A stretch of 64,000 bases of DNA. It comes from a virus. Shown in pieces: positions 1 to 10,321 of this stretch. The stretch is taken from the IMG/VR virus record IMGVR_UViG_3300009177_000720; one strand, 5' to 3'. The position numbers and the translations under genes are program-made. Each line of letters opens with the position of its first letter. Position 1 is the stretch's first letter. The notes beneath the pieces were generated by a model, which made no database searches, was not told the DNA's origin, and saw only the letters and a program-made list of their open reading frames with translations.

Positions 1-600
1 AACTTTGTTATCTGGTGTTTCAACTGGAATATAAAGACTAGTGACACCCTTTGGAGTCTCATAGTCAGCTTTGATAACAAGGAACTTATCGTTACCATCA
101 TCGACTGCAATTGCAGTTGGTTTCAAGTTCCAGGCATCCAAAGAACTAGCCACTGAGGCTAATGCTTTGTTAGCTAACTGTTGGGAGTACATCTTCAATG
201 GAGCATGCTTATCAAAAACACTATTAAGTGCATTGGCAAGAACGGCATCGCCAACTTCGAAAGGATTAACTTCCTTGGTGGCCTCATCACGCTCAAAAAT
301 TTGTGGGGTAGCTAGCTCAGTCATAGTGCCAAGTTCGTTTTGAAATAATTCAGCGAACTTAGTATTACGAGAATGTAGCTTAGTGTAGAGGGCTTTCAAT
401 TCAGCCTTACGAATAAACAAAGTGTTATTAGCTGCCATCTTTCCAATTACTCTGGACATGGCGCCAATGGTTTGATCACCTGGATAGGCATCAACGGCCT
501 TGGCCAACTTTGCCGCTAGGATTGGAGTAGCAATTCTCTCATTGTCTTCCACTGACTTAGCTAGAGAACCTACTAATTGTTGTATTTTGTCGAGGCTCAT
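1..600 (-). CDS. Hypothetical protein, 3'-truncated by the window edge (MSLDKIQQLVGSLAKS...)
   Basis: ATG at 600 with an open frame running off the window start; absent from the ORF track because it has no stop. Confidence 0.75.
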   Translation of the reverse strand, partial: MSLDKIQQLVGSLAKSVEDNERIATPILAAKLAKAVDAYPGDQTIGAMSRVIGKMAANNTLFIRKAELKALYTKLHSRNTKFAELFQNELGTMTELATPQIFERDEATKEVNPFEVGDAVLANALNSVFDKHAPLKMYSQQLANKALASVASSLDAWNLKPTAIAVDDGNDKFLVIKADYETPKGVTSLYIPVETPDNKV

Positions 601-621
601 TTTCAGCACCTATTCCGTATG

Positions 622-1080
622 TTATACTAACTCAGGGTATTTATCTAATACCAATTTTTTAGCTGATTCTGGCAATTGATTCAAAAGAGCTTTGACCAGC
701 TTCTTATTGGTAGCCAACTTAGCAGGCAAATATTCTGGAACTTTTGAAACTTCACTAGAAGGAATGCCCAACTTATTGGAAGCTACCCTTACGATTGGGT
801 CTCCCTTGTAATACACCTGTAGCTCGCCAGCAGTCTTGCTAACTAGTACTTCCCAGTGGTTGGCAGTCTTCTGCTCTTCCTCTGGTTGGTATAAGGCTAC
901 AATGTACTCGCCATCTTCAGCGCTTTGTACTTGCCATAAATCGGCGGCTTTATCACTGTCCTTGAATCTAACAATGTCAAAAGCAACGGTCTCAAGACGG
1001 TCTTTTACATCGCTGAGTCTGTAAGCCCTCTTGTAGATCTTGTTCTCCAAACCTGAGTAATCTATCGAAAATTTTGACAT
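622..1080 (-). CDS. Hypothetical protein
   Basis: ORF; start moved to MSKFS because GGAGA SD precedes it. Confidence 0.7.
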   Translation of the reverse strand: MSKFSIDYSGLENKIYKRAYRLSDVKDRLETVAFDIVRFKDSDKAADLWQVQSAEDGEYIVALYQPEEEQKTANHWEVLVSKTAGELQVYYKGDPIVRVASNKLGIPSSEVSKVPEYLPAKLATNKKLVKALLNQLPESAKKLVLDKYPELV

Positions 1081-1182
1081 TACATCTCCCATTAAACAGA
1101 ATATGCCTTACATAGATAAAGAAATATTGATACGATTATAGACTTTATTTCGGCCCAAGGGGTACTAATAAGTCCATTTTTA

Positions 1183-1225
1183 AACAAAAATAAAGGGTGT
1201 ACCCTATTCAAAGGATACACCCTTA
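1183..1225 (-). terminator. Rho-independent terminator
   Basis: AAGGGTGTATCCT...AGGGTACACCCTT stem followed by a T-rich tail on the minus strand, after the sigma-4-like gene. Confidence 0.7.
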
Positions 1226-1244
1226 TAACATTTTAGTATTTGAT

Positions 1245-1685
1245 TTACCAGCGCTCGTCTCTTAAATCTCTCATCTTGACCAAGATTTCTTTGATTTTAT
1301 CATCATTTTCAATAATCTTGCGGATTTTCTTTCTAGCCCCACCATAAATCTTCTTACCATTCTTGTAATCAACGTTTCCGTTAAGCGACTTGGTAATAGA
1401 ACTTTGATTGACATTTAGCATTTTGGCTATTTCCATCTGAGTATATCCATCGGCATATAATCTGATGACTTCTCTTTGTCTTGGAGTTAATAAAGTATCA
1501 ACTACGCGCCAAAACTCTTTCTTTAACTGCTCTTCTAGCTCCATGAGCCCTTCATTGTATTCAAATGGATTAAGTCTGGCTGAGATACTGTCCTCGTTGC
1601 AAAAAGACTCAAGCATGTCATTTGAGCAAACAGTTTCTAATAATACCCATTGATACTTATCTGATCGATTTTTTCTACGTTCCAT
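1245..1685 (-). CDS. Sigma-70 region-4/LuxR-type HTH protein
   Basis: LTPRQREVIRLYADGYTQMEIAKMLNVNQSSI HTH signature; no region 2 recognisable. Confidence 0.7.
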   Translation of the reverse strand: MERRKNRSDKYQWVLLETVCSNDMLESFCNEDSISARLNPFEYNEGLMELEEQLKKEFWRVVDTLLTPRQREVIRLYADGYTQMEIAKMLNVNQSSITKSLNGNVDYKNGKKIYGGARKKIRKIIENDDKIKEILVKMRDLRDERW

Positions 1686-1759
1686 TTATACTCCACAGTA
1701 AAGACTAGACTGAATCAGAATATATCAATAATTAAGTGCCGAAAATTTAACTTAAAATT

Positions 1760-2527
1760 TTAACCCTTAATGTCAAAAGACACTGACTCATCACCAGTCT
1801 TTGTAAAGTACTCGTCGATGTCTTTGTAACTTTCTGGTAAGTAAAAATTTTGAATATTGGCTAATTTACCGAATTTTTCGACAATGCGTTTCCTCCCCTT
1901 TTCCCCGGCTTCATCATTGTCCAACAACAAAAATATGTTATCGGTGTATCTGCTAATGACAGAAAATTGATAGGAAGTCATATGAGAATTACCCAAAGCT
2001 ACAATATTGGTAAATCCCTTCTCTACAGCTTTTATCACATCAAATTGACCCTCTACTATATAGACACAATCTTTCTCTATAATAGATTGTTTATTCTCGT
2101 ATAAACCAAATAATAGATTACCCTTCTTAAAAGCATTGGTCTCTGAGGTATTCTTATACTTGGGTATTTTCAATGCCTTCCATTCTGGCTCAGGCATCAT
2201 GGTACGACCTACCAAGGCTACCACTTCACCATAAACGTTACGGAAAGGCATAATGAGAGGGTGATGCTCAAAATAGCACATAGGAATGCTGCGCGGGCAT
2301 AAGGAATCTTCTATAGTCTTGTAATATAAGAGTTTTTCTTTACAAAGAGTATCTTCCCCTACCATATCAGTTAGGGCTCGAAGGTTCTTCATTCCAGGAA
2401 AGTAACCAAACGCAAAACGCTCTTGACTTTCAAGAACTAGTCGAGAGTCCAAGTACTCTTTGCAGTCTTGAGCTTCTGGAAAGTTGTTAAGAAGATATCT
2501 GCAAGATTCTACAATTTTATCTAACAT
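1760..2527 (-). CDS. dnaG: DnaG-type primase catalytic (TOPRIM) subunit lacking the Zn-binding domain
   Basis: PKYKNT, FKKGNLLFGL, IVEGQFDV, LLDNDEAG and KDIDE motifs. Confidence 0.88.
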   Translation of the reverse strand: MLDKIVESCRYLLNNFPEAQDCKEYLDSRLVLESQERFAFGYFPGMKNLRALTDMVGEDTLCKEKLLYYKTIEDSLCPRSIPMCYFEHHPLIMPFRNVYGEVVALVGRTMMPEPEWKALKIPKYKNTSETNAFKKGNLLFGLYENKQSIIEKDCVYIVEGQFDVIKAVEKGFTNIVALGNSHMTSYQFSVISRYTDNIFLLLDNDEAGEKGRKRIVEKFGKLANIQNFYLPESYKDIDEYFTKTGDESVSFDIKG

Positions 2528-2544
2528 GCTGCTTCCTTCGATGC

Positions 2545-2883
2545 TTAAACGTCTTTATCAGTCGTTCGCAGCTTGTCTTTTAACATATTCTTGAATATCG
2601 GACTTAGGTTATCAAGCGGCTGAGAGCAAGCTCCACACACTATATCGTCCTGCACCAGCTTCGGGCGCTCTTCTCTCCCGCATTTAGCACATTTAACGGC
2701 GAAAGGCTTAGCTTTCTTCTGCCTAAATTGCTTCATGCTCTTCATCTGTACTTTAACAAAGTGTGTAATGTTAGTGATTTCACCGTCACACAAGGAGCAG
2801 TAGACTTTGTTATCTTGCGGGTCTAAATAGGGTTCTTGTATCTTACCGCATCCTTTATTTGTGCAAAAAGTAGAGAACGGCAT
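2545..2883 (-). CDS. Double zinc-ribbon hypothetical protein
   Basis: Four CxxC/CxxxxC pairs. Confidence 0.6.
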   Translation of the reverse strand: MPFSTFCTNKGCGKIQEPYLDPQDNKVYCSLCDGEITNITHFVKVQMKSMKQFRQKKAKPFAVKCAKCGREERPKLVQDDIVCGACSQPLDNLSPIFKNMLKDKLRTTDKDV

Positions 2884-2885
2884 AA

Positions 2886-3824
2886 TTATCCTTTATTGTC
2901 CAGAATATCAATTAACTTACTGACATCTTTGGGGTAAGTAACGTCCAGAATGACTTTTTGATCTCCTTGACCATTGACACCTAAACGCGGGATAATTACC
3001 TCATCCTTGTTTTTGGATTTAGGTTTAATATCCACTTCTTTGCTTCCTAGAATAGTTTTAACGGATTTCTTGCACCCTTTAAGGGCTTCCAGGAGAGAAA
3101 TCTCTAAAGAAGATACCACCTGATTACCATCTAAACGAAGACCCGGCTCCGGGGTAACCGTCAAGTGTAAATGAACATCTGTATGCTGTTCTATCTGTCC
3201 CATAAAGAAACCAGCGAAATTACCCATTCCGCTTAGGCGTAAAACATTTCCAGTCTGAACGCCTCCTGGAATGGATACGTTAATAGAAGCTTCGGCATCC
3301 AGTATTCCGTCAGTTTTACAATACGTGCATGGATCAGTTTGCATTCTTCCATAACATTTATCACAGGTCTGAATCATTACAGTATTCCCCTGACGAGACA
3401 CTACCTGTCCACGACCCCCACACTTATCACAGCCATTGTTTCTGGTAATTTGGCCTTGACCATTACAAGACGGACATTTGGTCTTTCTAGTAAACTTAAA
3501 TTCTTTCTTACAGCCTAAGATAGAATCTTTAAATGAAATAGTAGTGTGTATTGGAATGTTTTCTGGTTGAATGAAAACTTGCTGGCCATTAAATGGATTA
3601 TGAATACCATTCTGCTGCCAATGCTGCGCTTCACGGTCAGTACTCTTTCCAGAAGAGACTACCTGATATGCCTCATTGATCTTCTTGAACTTGTCCTCAG
3701 CACCCGCTTCCTTGTTTACATCAGGGTGGTACTTCTTAGTAAGTTCGCGATACTTTTTCTTAGCCTCTTCCGGGGTAGCCGTCTGAGGTATTTCTAAGAT
3801 TGAGTAGGCTTCCTTAAGATTCAT
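2886..3824 (-). CDS. dnaJ: DnaJ chaperone
   Basis: J domain with HPD, CxxCxGxG repeats, C-terminal domain. Confidence 0.93.
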   Translation of the reverse strand: MNLKEAYSILEIPQTATPEEAKKKYRELTKKYHPDVNKEAGAEDKFKKINEAYQVVSSGKSTDREAQHWQQNGIHNPFNGQQVFIQPENIPIHTTISFKDSILGCKKEFKFTRKTKCPSCNGQGQITRNNGCDKCGGRGQVVSRQGNTVMIQTCDKCYGRMQTDPCTYCKTDGILDAEASINVSIPGGVQTGNVLRLSGMGNFAGFFMGQIEQHTDVHLHLTVTPEPGLRLDGNQVVSSLEISLLEALKGCKKSVKTILGSKEVDIKPKSKNKDEVIIPRLGVNGQGDQKVILDVTYPKDVSKLIDILDNKG

Positions 3825-4375
3825 TTCTTTTTACCCTTGCGCTTCACTTTTCCGGTCAATACAAAGGCGTAATATAACGCGACAGCTACGCCGTCAGCCA
3901 TGTCAAAACTTTCAACTTTGACGGTTCCCTTTTTATTAACCTCGTAAGGGAATGTAATTCCTAAATGTTTGGCGACAAGTTCAGGCATATCTTCTTTTTT
4001 TGGCAAATCCTTGCCGGTCTTTAACCCATGCCTTATAGTCATTACGCTAAACAACTCGGGAGAAGATTTCAAATAATCATAAGCGCACAAACCTATCATA
4101 CGATTAAATGTTGTTAACATTATAATAGTCTTGGCTGTGCTCTTACCCTGCATGAACTGAATGATATCTTCAATCCCAATATAATCAGGTTTTACTTTAT
4201 CAATAATAGATTGAATCTTATCTCTTGTATCAACAATACGTTCAATGATAGTTCCTTTCTTAGCAGGCTTCAAATAAGAAGCGCCAACAAAACGAATATC
4301 ATTATTGTCTAATTCTAATACGCAATATCCAATAGTAGTAGAAGAAACATCGAACCCTAGTATCCTTTTAACCAT
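3821..4375 (-). CDS. ruvC: RuvC-like Holliday junction resolvase
   Basis: ILGFDVSSTTIGY, IGIED and DMADGVAVA RNase H-fold motifs; start at MVKRI. Confidence 0.82.
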   Translation of the reverse strand: MVKRILGFDVSSTTIGYCVLELDNNDIRFVGASYLKPAKKGTIIERIVDTRDKIQSIIDKVKPDYIGIEDIIQFMQGKSTAKTIIMLTTFNRMIGLCAYDYLKSSPELFSVMTIRHGLKTGKDLPKKEDMPELVAKHLGITFPYEVNKKGTVKVESFDMADGVAVALYYAFVLTGKVKRKGKKK

Positions 4376-4390
4376 ACTGGGTAATATATC

Positions 4391-4429
4391 AAATAGAAAG
4401 AGATCCAAGAGTTAACCTGGATCTCTTTT
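4391..4429 (-). terminator. Rho-independent terminator (possibly bidirectional)
   Basis: AAAGAGATCCA...TGGATCTCTTT inverted repeat downstream of SSB. Confidence 0.65.
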
Positions 4430-4447
4430 AAGGTTTAAGCCTGTAGA

Positions 4448-5164
4448 TTAGGCGTTATCAGCATTGTAGGCTGGGAAAGATTCATTCAAATCTTCATCAT
4501 CCGTCATGCTAACTGCTGGAGCCTTGGCTGGAGCAGCCTTAGCGGTAGCAGCTTTCTTGCCTGCGGCTGGAGCACTATCAGTGGTAAGACCATTGATCTT
4601 GTCCAATCTCTTCTGAACCAAGTCAGCAGTTGGAGGGGTCACTCTACGCTTTAGGTCGTCCAAATCAGCTTCGTCCTTGATCTTTTGATCAGCAGCGGAC
4701 AAAGGCTCCTTGGAAATAGGTTGTACAGAGTAGTAACCAGTTGCTCCACCGTTCTTGTCAACGACAATATCGATGTCATACTTGGTTGGATCTCCCCAAC
4801 GTTGGGTGTTTCTGGCAAGCTTTCTAATCTGTGAAAAGACTGCGAAAGAAATGTCAAGAATCTTATAGGTACCGGTCTTGCGACTGATGACTCCAATTAA
4901 CCAACGTGGCTTAGCTTTATCGCCCAAATCGCAGAGTGGGCAGCTACCGTGAATTGCGGAACAGTTTACTTTCTGTCCGAAACCAGGGTCACCTTCCTTC
5001 TTGTACTTATGTACAAGGTACTGGAAAGGTTGGGTAACGAGTCTCATCTCGTTAGAGCCCTCTTCCAAACGAAGGAAGAGATCCTTGCTGTTAGTGTTCT
5101 TCTTACCCTCAGAACCTGGGAAAACGTCATCATTCCAAGAAACTTCACCAAATGTACTAGTCAT
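4448..5164 (-). CDS. Phage single-stranded DNA-binding protein (gp32-like)
   Basis: FLRLEEG, CPLC Zn motif, WGDPTKYDIDI, acidic C-terminal tail; located near RecA. Confidence 0.7.
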   Translation of the reverse strand: MTSTFGEVSWNDDVFPGSEGKKNTNSKDLFLRLEEGSNEMRLVTQPFQYLVHKYKKEGDPGFGQKVNCSAIHGSCPLCDLGDKAKPRWLIGVISRKTGTYKILDISFAVFSQIRKLARNTQRWGDPTKYDIDIVVDKNGGATGYYSVQPISKEPLSAADQKIKDEADLDDLKRRVTPPTADLVQKRLDKINGLTTDSAPAAGKKAATAKAAPAKAPAVSMTDDEDLNESFPAYNADNA

Positions 5165-5248
5165 GTTATTCTCCTGTTATCTATTCTTTTTGTACGCTAA
5201 GGTACTTTTACTTATTAACAATATCGGACCGTTATTTATCTCTGCACA

Positions 5249-5563
5249 TTATCGTGCGAATCTAACGAAACGTGTACGACTATGATCTGTGGTACGACCG
5301 AATCTTACGCCGATTCCTCGGTTACGGAGTCGATTGACCACTCTATTGATTACGATTCTGAGTGCACCTGGAGAGCCCGGTAGAATCGTGCGTTGCTTCT
5401 TGCTCAAAACTCTGTTTAAAGCTGTAATCAACCCACTCATCGTTCCAGTCCAGATACCACCAGATTGTCTTTCAATGACCGAAGTAATGCCACGAAAAAT
5501 TACGTTATCAACGTCATTAATTGTGGAATTTCTACGAACACTTATCTTACTATTATATGCCAT
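5249..5563 (-). CDS. Basic hypothetical protein, possibly DNA-binding
   Basis: Arg-rich 104-aa ORF in operon. Confidence 0.5.
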   Translation of the reverse strand: MAYNSKISVRRNSTINDVDNVIFRGITSVIERQSGGIWTGTMSGLITALNRVLSKKQRTILPGSPGALRIVINRVVNRLRNRGIGVRFGRTTDHSRTRFVRFAR

Positions 5564-5584
5564 TTTATTGCTCTCTTTCTGTAT

Positions 5585-5920
5585 TTATCTAACCAAAGTT
5601 GATGGTTTATTTGCATTGAAAACTAAGCTTCTAATGCTTAGAATACGATGCCATGGAAACATCATTTCTATTCGAGAGTCTAAAGGAGCAGAAGTAACAA
5701 CTTCTACATAAGTCTTTACCAACTCTTCTTCCGAAAGGTCAGAAAAGTATCCCTTTACCTGAACAAAGCCCTCTAATAGATCTGGTTTATCAAGCGCAAT
5801 AAAATGCATTGCTTTCTTACCAGCAGGGTTCAAAAGAGTTACCAAATAACAAGGCTTCATTGCAACCTTGCCAACTTGTGGCAATCCTACTGAACTTACT
5901 GCAAAATCTTTCTCCGGCAT
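5585..5920 (-). CDS. Hypothetical protein
   Basis: ORF abutting recA. Confidence 0.65.
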   Translation of the reverse strand: MPEKDFAVSSVGLPQVGKVAMKPCYLVTLLNPAGKKAMHFIALDKPDLLEGFVQVKGYFSDLSEEELVKTYVEVVTSAPLDSRIEMMFPWHRILSIRSLVFNANKPSTLVR

Positions 5921-5921
5921 T

Positions 5922-7085
5922 TTACTTACCTTTCTTTGCCTTCTTCTTCTCTTCAGCGCTAGCTAACATTTCAGCTTTTTTAGCTTCTTGTTCTTGACGC
6001 TTTGCTTCCATCTTTGCATCGCGTGCTTCATTGATTTTCATCAATAATTCATCGGCCAATGCTTGATCATCTTTAATTGCTTCTTGCAACTTTGGAAGAC
6101 CAACCCATTTTCTGTCGCCATACTCATGAGTTACTGTGGAAGTTTTGACAATTACGCCGTAATCTACTGCTAGCACGGCGATTTCTTCGTGTCTGTCTAT
6201 AACACCGATTCCAAAGTTTACTTTGAATTCGCACTTGCGTGGCCACGGACCGAACTTAGATTTTTCAATCGTAGCGCGCATCACGTGTCCAATCTTTTGC
6301 TCTTTCTCATCTAGAATCTGCTTATCCTTTGCTTGAGAAGCTTCGAAATAAACGTTAGCTGACAAGAAGTGAGCATAGCTATTACCACCAGAGAAAGTGT
6401 GATCAGATCCATATGGATCCATTCCATCTTTTTTATGGTTGATGAAGATGAATGGGACTTGAGATTTATTAGCCTCAAGAGAAAGCTTGCGGAAAGTTGT
6501 TGTAAGGAATCGAGCAAGCAAAGACATATTCATCTTACCAACTCTAGAAACATCTTCTCCTGGTGGCATAATAGCACCAATGGAGTCAACAACTACCATA
6601 TTAACATTGATATCCCCGGCCGTCACTAAATCAAGTAATCCATCTTTGGACTTACCAACTAATTCGTGGGTCTTCTTATCTTCCTTAGGGACACCTAAAA
6701 TCATTTCGAAGCATTTACGACCAATAACGGCAGTTTCTTGATCTACAAGAATGATACGAGTAGTATCGAGACCCAAAGTCTCTGCCCAATTAGGGTCGAA
6801 AGTTCCTTCAGCATCAACCCACATTTGTTGGGCGGCCGGATCATCAGACTGAGCCTCTTTAATGGCAAGCATAGCCATCAAAGTCTTTCCAGAACCAGTA
6901 GGACCGTAATACTGAAATAATCTTCCTTTTGGCAAGCCACCTGAAGACAACACATCATCGAGCATCAATGAGCCCGTAGATGTAACGGGTAACTTCTTGC
7001 CCACAGTTTCGTGAGCCATTCTGAAATCTAATTGCTCTTCCGATTCGGCATAACTTTTGAAAAACGCTTCTAGTTTATTCGACAT
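5922..7085 (-). CDS. recA: RecA/UvsX recombinase
   Basis: STGSLMLD..L..GGLPKGR, GPTGSGKT, DAEG and VVVDSIGA motifs. Confidence 0.95.
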   Translation of the reverse strand: MSNKLEAFFKSYAESEEQLDFRMAHETVGKKLPVTSTGSLMLDDVLSSGGLPKGRLFQYYGPTGSGKTLMAMLAIKEAQSDDPAAQQMWVDAEGTFDPNWAETLGLDTTRIILVDQETAVIGRKCFEMILGVPKEDKKTHELVGKSKDGLLDLVTAGDINVNMVVVDSIGAIMPPGEDVSRVGKMNMSLLARFLTTTFRKLSLEANKSQVPFIFINHKKDGMDPYGSDHTFSGGNSYAHFLSANVYFEASQAKDKQILDEKEQKIGHVMRATIEKSKFGPWPRKCEFKVNFGIGVIDRHEEIAVLAVDYGVIVKTSTVTHEYGDRKWVGLPKLQEAIKDDQALADELLMKINEARDAKMEAKRQEQEAKKAEMLASAEEKKKAKKGK

Positions 7086-7096
7086 TTTATCTCCCA

Positions 7097-7609
7097 TCAT
7101 TCGTAGCCTTCGGGAACCCTCTCGCTTGCCGTGCCCTGACTATATCCGAGGACGGTGCGCCTTAGTCCCTGTGCAATATCTTTAAAATGATGATGAGCTT
7201 TCACCAAAATTTCATATTTGCGTTCAAGGACAATTTTGCTTCCCTTAGCTTTTCCTAGTTTAATATTTAACTGTTCTACTTCTGGCGATGCTTCTCCGGC
7301 CCATTTCTTCATATCCACGGTTGTCCTGGATCCATCGGGCGCTTGATAATCTCTTGCCACACTGTTTTTTGTACTATTAACTTTTGCTTCTAGATATGCT
7401 ACTGTCTTTACCATTTTTCCTAAGTATTCCGTTAGGATATCTGCACCTCTTAATGCTTGCTGCTGTAACAATTCAGCATGGGCTAAATCGATAGCGTCAG
7501 TTTCCTGAAGCGTTCCCAACACTTGCTGAATTTCGGTGAGGTCGAAATTCATGAAATCTTCCTCTAATTCAGTACCCAAAAAATCACCAAGTCTTACCTG
7601 TTGGCTCAT
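7097..7609 (-). CDS. Coiled-coil protein, possible UvsY-like recombination mediator
   Basis: Helical protein directly upstream of recA; function inferred from position. Confidence 0.4.
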   Translation of the reverse strand: MSQQVRLGDFLGTELEEDFMNFDLTEIQQVLGTLQETDAIDLAHAELLQQQALRGADILTEYLGKMVKTVAYLEAKVNSTKNSVARDYQAPDGSRTTVDMKKWAGEASPEVEQLNIKLGKAKGSKIVLERKYEILVKAHHHFKDIAQGLRRTVLGYSQGTASERVPEGYE

Positions 7610-7665
7610 ATCGTTCTTCCTTGTCTAATAATATAATCAGTTGAACTTTTTCTCGACAAATATAA

Positions 7666-7968
7666 TTACTTGTCCTTCAATTTTTCTTTCATCTGTTGGC
7701 AGACCTCGTCCACCTGTCGATGCATTAATCGCAAATGCTGATGTTGCATTAAACTCATCAAAAATAGGAATACTTCGAAGCTAGTTCGAAACTTAGATGG
7801 TGGCCTTAAAAAGATAATAATCCCGGCCGCATCTGTTTCAAAAAGATCGATAAAAAGGTCTTCGCCTTTATTGGTAGCAGTAGTATAAGACTTGACGATT
7901 TTTTCATACATCGTCCATTCGTCTTCAGTTACTTCTACTCTTTTATTGTCAATAATTTTAATGGGCAT
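7666..7968 (-). CDS. Hypothetical protein
   Basis: ORF. Confidence 0.65.
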   Translation of the reverse strand: MPIKIIDNKRVEVTEDEWTMYEKIVKSYTTATNKGEDLFIDLFETDAAGIIIFLRPPSKFRTSFEVFLFLMSLMQHQHLRLMHRQVDEVCQQMKEKLKDK

Positions 7969-7988
7969 AACTTACCACCCTATCCAAT

Positions 7989-8858
7989 TCAAGATCTTGA
8001 AAATGAGCCCTTAGCTCCCGTCGCTATATTCTTTCGGGATTGAGCTACCTTCGACTGAAGGCGCTGCAAATGAGCGGCATCCTTGGCATTGTATTCACCA
8101 CTAGAACCGCCGCCTTGTTTAGCTGCGGCTGCTGCCAAATTGGCTTGAAGAATGTAATCACCACCAGGCAAATCATCATCGATATCAGAATCAATTGATG
8201 AGGCAACTTCACCACCCGCAATCATTTGCTGAAATTCAGCAATGGCTTCTGGATCAGCATTAGCTAACATATCGGCTGGAAGCATCATACTTCCACCACT
8301 AGAGTCTGTTAGGGCTGGTGAGCCGGCTTTTTTGATTTGCTGTGCCATCTTTTTAAGATGTTCAGTCTTTTCTGTTGGGGACTGAAAGGACTGTGGGACG
8401 TTGGGACCTTGCTGTTGTTGACTGGCAGGGTTGTTTTTAATAACTTCGGCTCTTTTAAAGAAATCGTTTGTTTTCTCTTCAGATTGAATCTTCTGAGCTA
8501 CGACCTCCTCTTCCCCAGCTTCGGTCTTTACCTTGACGGTAAACTTTTGGTTTTGAGCTTCTTTTTTGGCCTGGAACTCTTTTTCGTCTTCTACTTTTCG
8601 AAGTTCCTTCAACATCTCCTTTGGCATATACTTACCAATGTTAGGAGAGTCTGTTTTAATATAGTTGTGATTAGATAGCATCCAATCATTCAATTGATCT
8701 GGGTATGCTTGTAATGCATCCATGGTTTCACGTAAAGAAGAAAACAAATTCTTTAGGTGTTCTTCCATAATATGCTTGCCACAAAATGGGCACACATTAA
8801 TATCAATAGCGTGAGTCCATTGTGGATTAATCTCAATTTCACAAGATATACATTTCAT
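7989..8858 (-). CDS. Hypothetical protein with N-terminal zinc ribbon
   Basis: CISC...CPFC. Confidence 0.65.
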   Translation of the reverse strand: MKCISCEIEINPQWTHAIDINVCPFCGKHIMEEHLKNLFSSLRETMDALQAYPDQLNDWMLSNHNYIKTDSPNIGKYMPKEMLKELRKVEDEKEFQAKKEAQNQKFTVKVKTEAGEEEVVAQKIQSEEKTNDFFKRAEVIKNNPASQQQQGPNVPQSFQSPTEKTEHLKKMAQQIKKAGSPALTDSSGGSMMLPADMLANADPEAIAEFQQMIAGGEVASSIDSDIDDDLPGGDYILQANLAAAAAKQGGGSSGEYNAKDAAHLQRLQSKVAQSRKNIATGAKGSFSRS

Positions 8859-9298
8859 TTATCTACTCTCCAAAATTTAGGAGGTTTACGAGGGCTAGCA
8901 TTCTTTACCATAGACTTGAATCTAGTATACTCTTGACCAAGAGCGTCACTCAAGCTTTCTGTAAAACACCCAGAAAGCTCGGCGGCCCATTCGTTGATTC
9001 GGTTCCCAGACTTAGACTTTATATCATCAACTGTCTTTCTGAGGCGGTAGATGCTTAGTGGGAGCGCGTTTTTATCTGCGATGTAATTAGTTGTAATAAA
9101 ACCTGTTGCAGACAACAAATCTGCATCATTATTGTGCTGAGCAAATTCGTATAATTTTTGTAGTCTTAATTCCGTTTTGGTTGGATCCAAACTCTTATGA
9201 GTGATTGCATAAGGAGATTCCTGAACTTCTTCATTCGAAGCTTTAATGTCCTTAATACTTCCTCTATCAGAACGCTGTTTAACGGTTCGAATTGCCAT
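8855..9298 (-). CDS. Hypothetical protein
   Basis: ORF, coupled overlap with neighbours. Confidence 0.6.
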   Translation of the reverse strand: MAIRTVKQRSDRGSIKDIKASNEEVQESPYAITHKSLDPTKTELRLQKLYEFAQHNNDADLLSATGFITTNYIADKNALPLSIYRLRKTVDDIKSKSGNRINEWAAELSGCFTESLSDALGQEYTRFKSMVKNASPRKPPKFWRVDK

Positions 9299-10209
9299 TA
9301 TTTTCTACCTAGGTGTTTAGATGGTTTTCTTCCACGCTTTGGTTTCTCTGCAATTTCAGATACCTTAGCAACGGTCTCAAGTTCTTTTTGAGTTGGCTGG
9401 AAACTGGCCGCATAGATAGCTGGTATTGCTGCACCACCTACCGATGCATTTAAACATACTGAATTGGTAGCAAATGTTCCTCCCAAAGCTGCATCGGATG
9501 CACTAAGAGAAAAACTGCTGGGGGCAGGGTTTGTAGAGCCGGTATAGTTGAATTGTTGTGGAGTTAAATCAACGCTTCTTGCAACCACACCCCCAGCAAT
9601 ATTATCATAGGTCATTACAGTTAATGACCCTGTATTAGGCGCACTAATCGTAGAAGATAAATCTTTCATTAAGTCTTCTACTTCTGGAGTTTCAGTAGGA
9701 CTAAGGGGGACACCTACCTCTACACCAACTTTATTAATTTCTTCAGCTAGTTCCTGAACTGTAAGGTCATCCGCTTTAGCCATCAAATTATCTAAATCGT
9801 CTGGCTGAGCCACAAACATATTTGGCTTAGGCTTTTCTCCTTTTGGTTTAAGGAACTGTTGAAAATGCTTTTGAACTTCCTCTGACTTTGGCTTGTTCCT
9901 AGAGTATCTTGGGCCATCAAAATGAGTATTAGGCTTCAAGCTATAATTAGAAAGAATCCAAGCAGCAAAGTCCTCAATTGAGGCATTGTTTTTACTTAGC
10001 TCAACCGTCTTCTTAAGAACAGTTGACATTACATCATTATGGGTATTACCTGCCATTTGAGTCTCCGAGGGGTCATTGTCGTCTGGCACAATAATCGTAC
10101 CAGAATCAGATTGGTACGCATTTGCAAGACGTGGATCACCAGCCTTAAACCAGCGCCAGGCGGTTAAGTAAGAAATGCCTTGTTTATCTGCCCAATCTTT
10201 TAACTTCAT
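9298..10209 (-). CDS. Protein with an IS607-TnpA-like N-terminal MerR-type HTH and a novel C-terminus
   Basis: MKLKDWADKQGISYLTAWRWFKAG...QSDSGTIIV; GAGG SD before this ATG; no resolvase catalytic motif. Confidence 0.65.
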   Translation of the reverse strand: MKLKDWADKQGISYLTAWRWFKAGDPRLANAYQSDSGTIIVPDDNDPSETQMAGNTHNDVMSTVLKKTVELSKNNASIEDFAAWILSNYSLKPNTHFDGPRYSRNKPKSEEVQKHFQQFLKPKGEKPKPNMFVAQPDDLDNLMAKADDLTVQELAEEINKVGVEVGVPLSPTETPEVEDLMKDLSSTISAPNTGSLTVMTYDNIAGGVVARSVDLTPQQFNYTGSTNPAPSSFSLSASDAALGGTFATNSVCLNASVGGAAIPAIYAASFQPTQKELETVAKVSEIAEKPKRGRKPSKHLGRK

Positions 10210-10321
10210 GACTTTATTCCTCGTTATGCATAGATTGTATATACAAATTATATCATCTATTTCATTTTTCACTTAAATCGTGGTTTTGCCCCAATTTTAT
10301 TATTATCTGATATCGTATATA

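Noticed and set aside
9298-10272. Active IS607 element
   Set aside because: No recombinase catalytic domain, tnpB or element ends.
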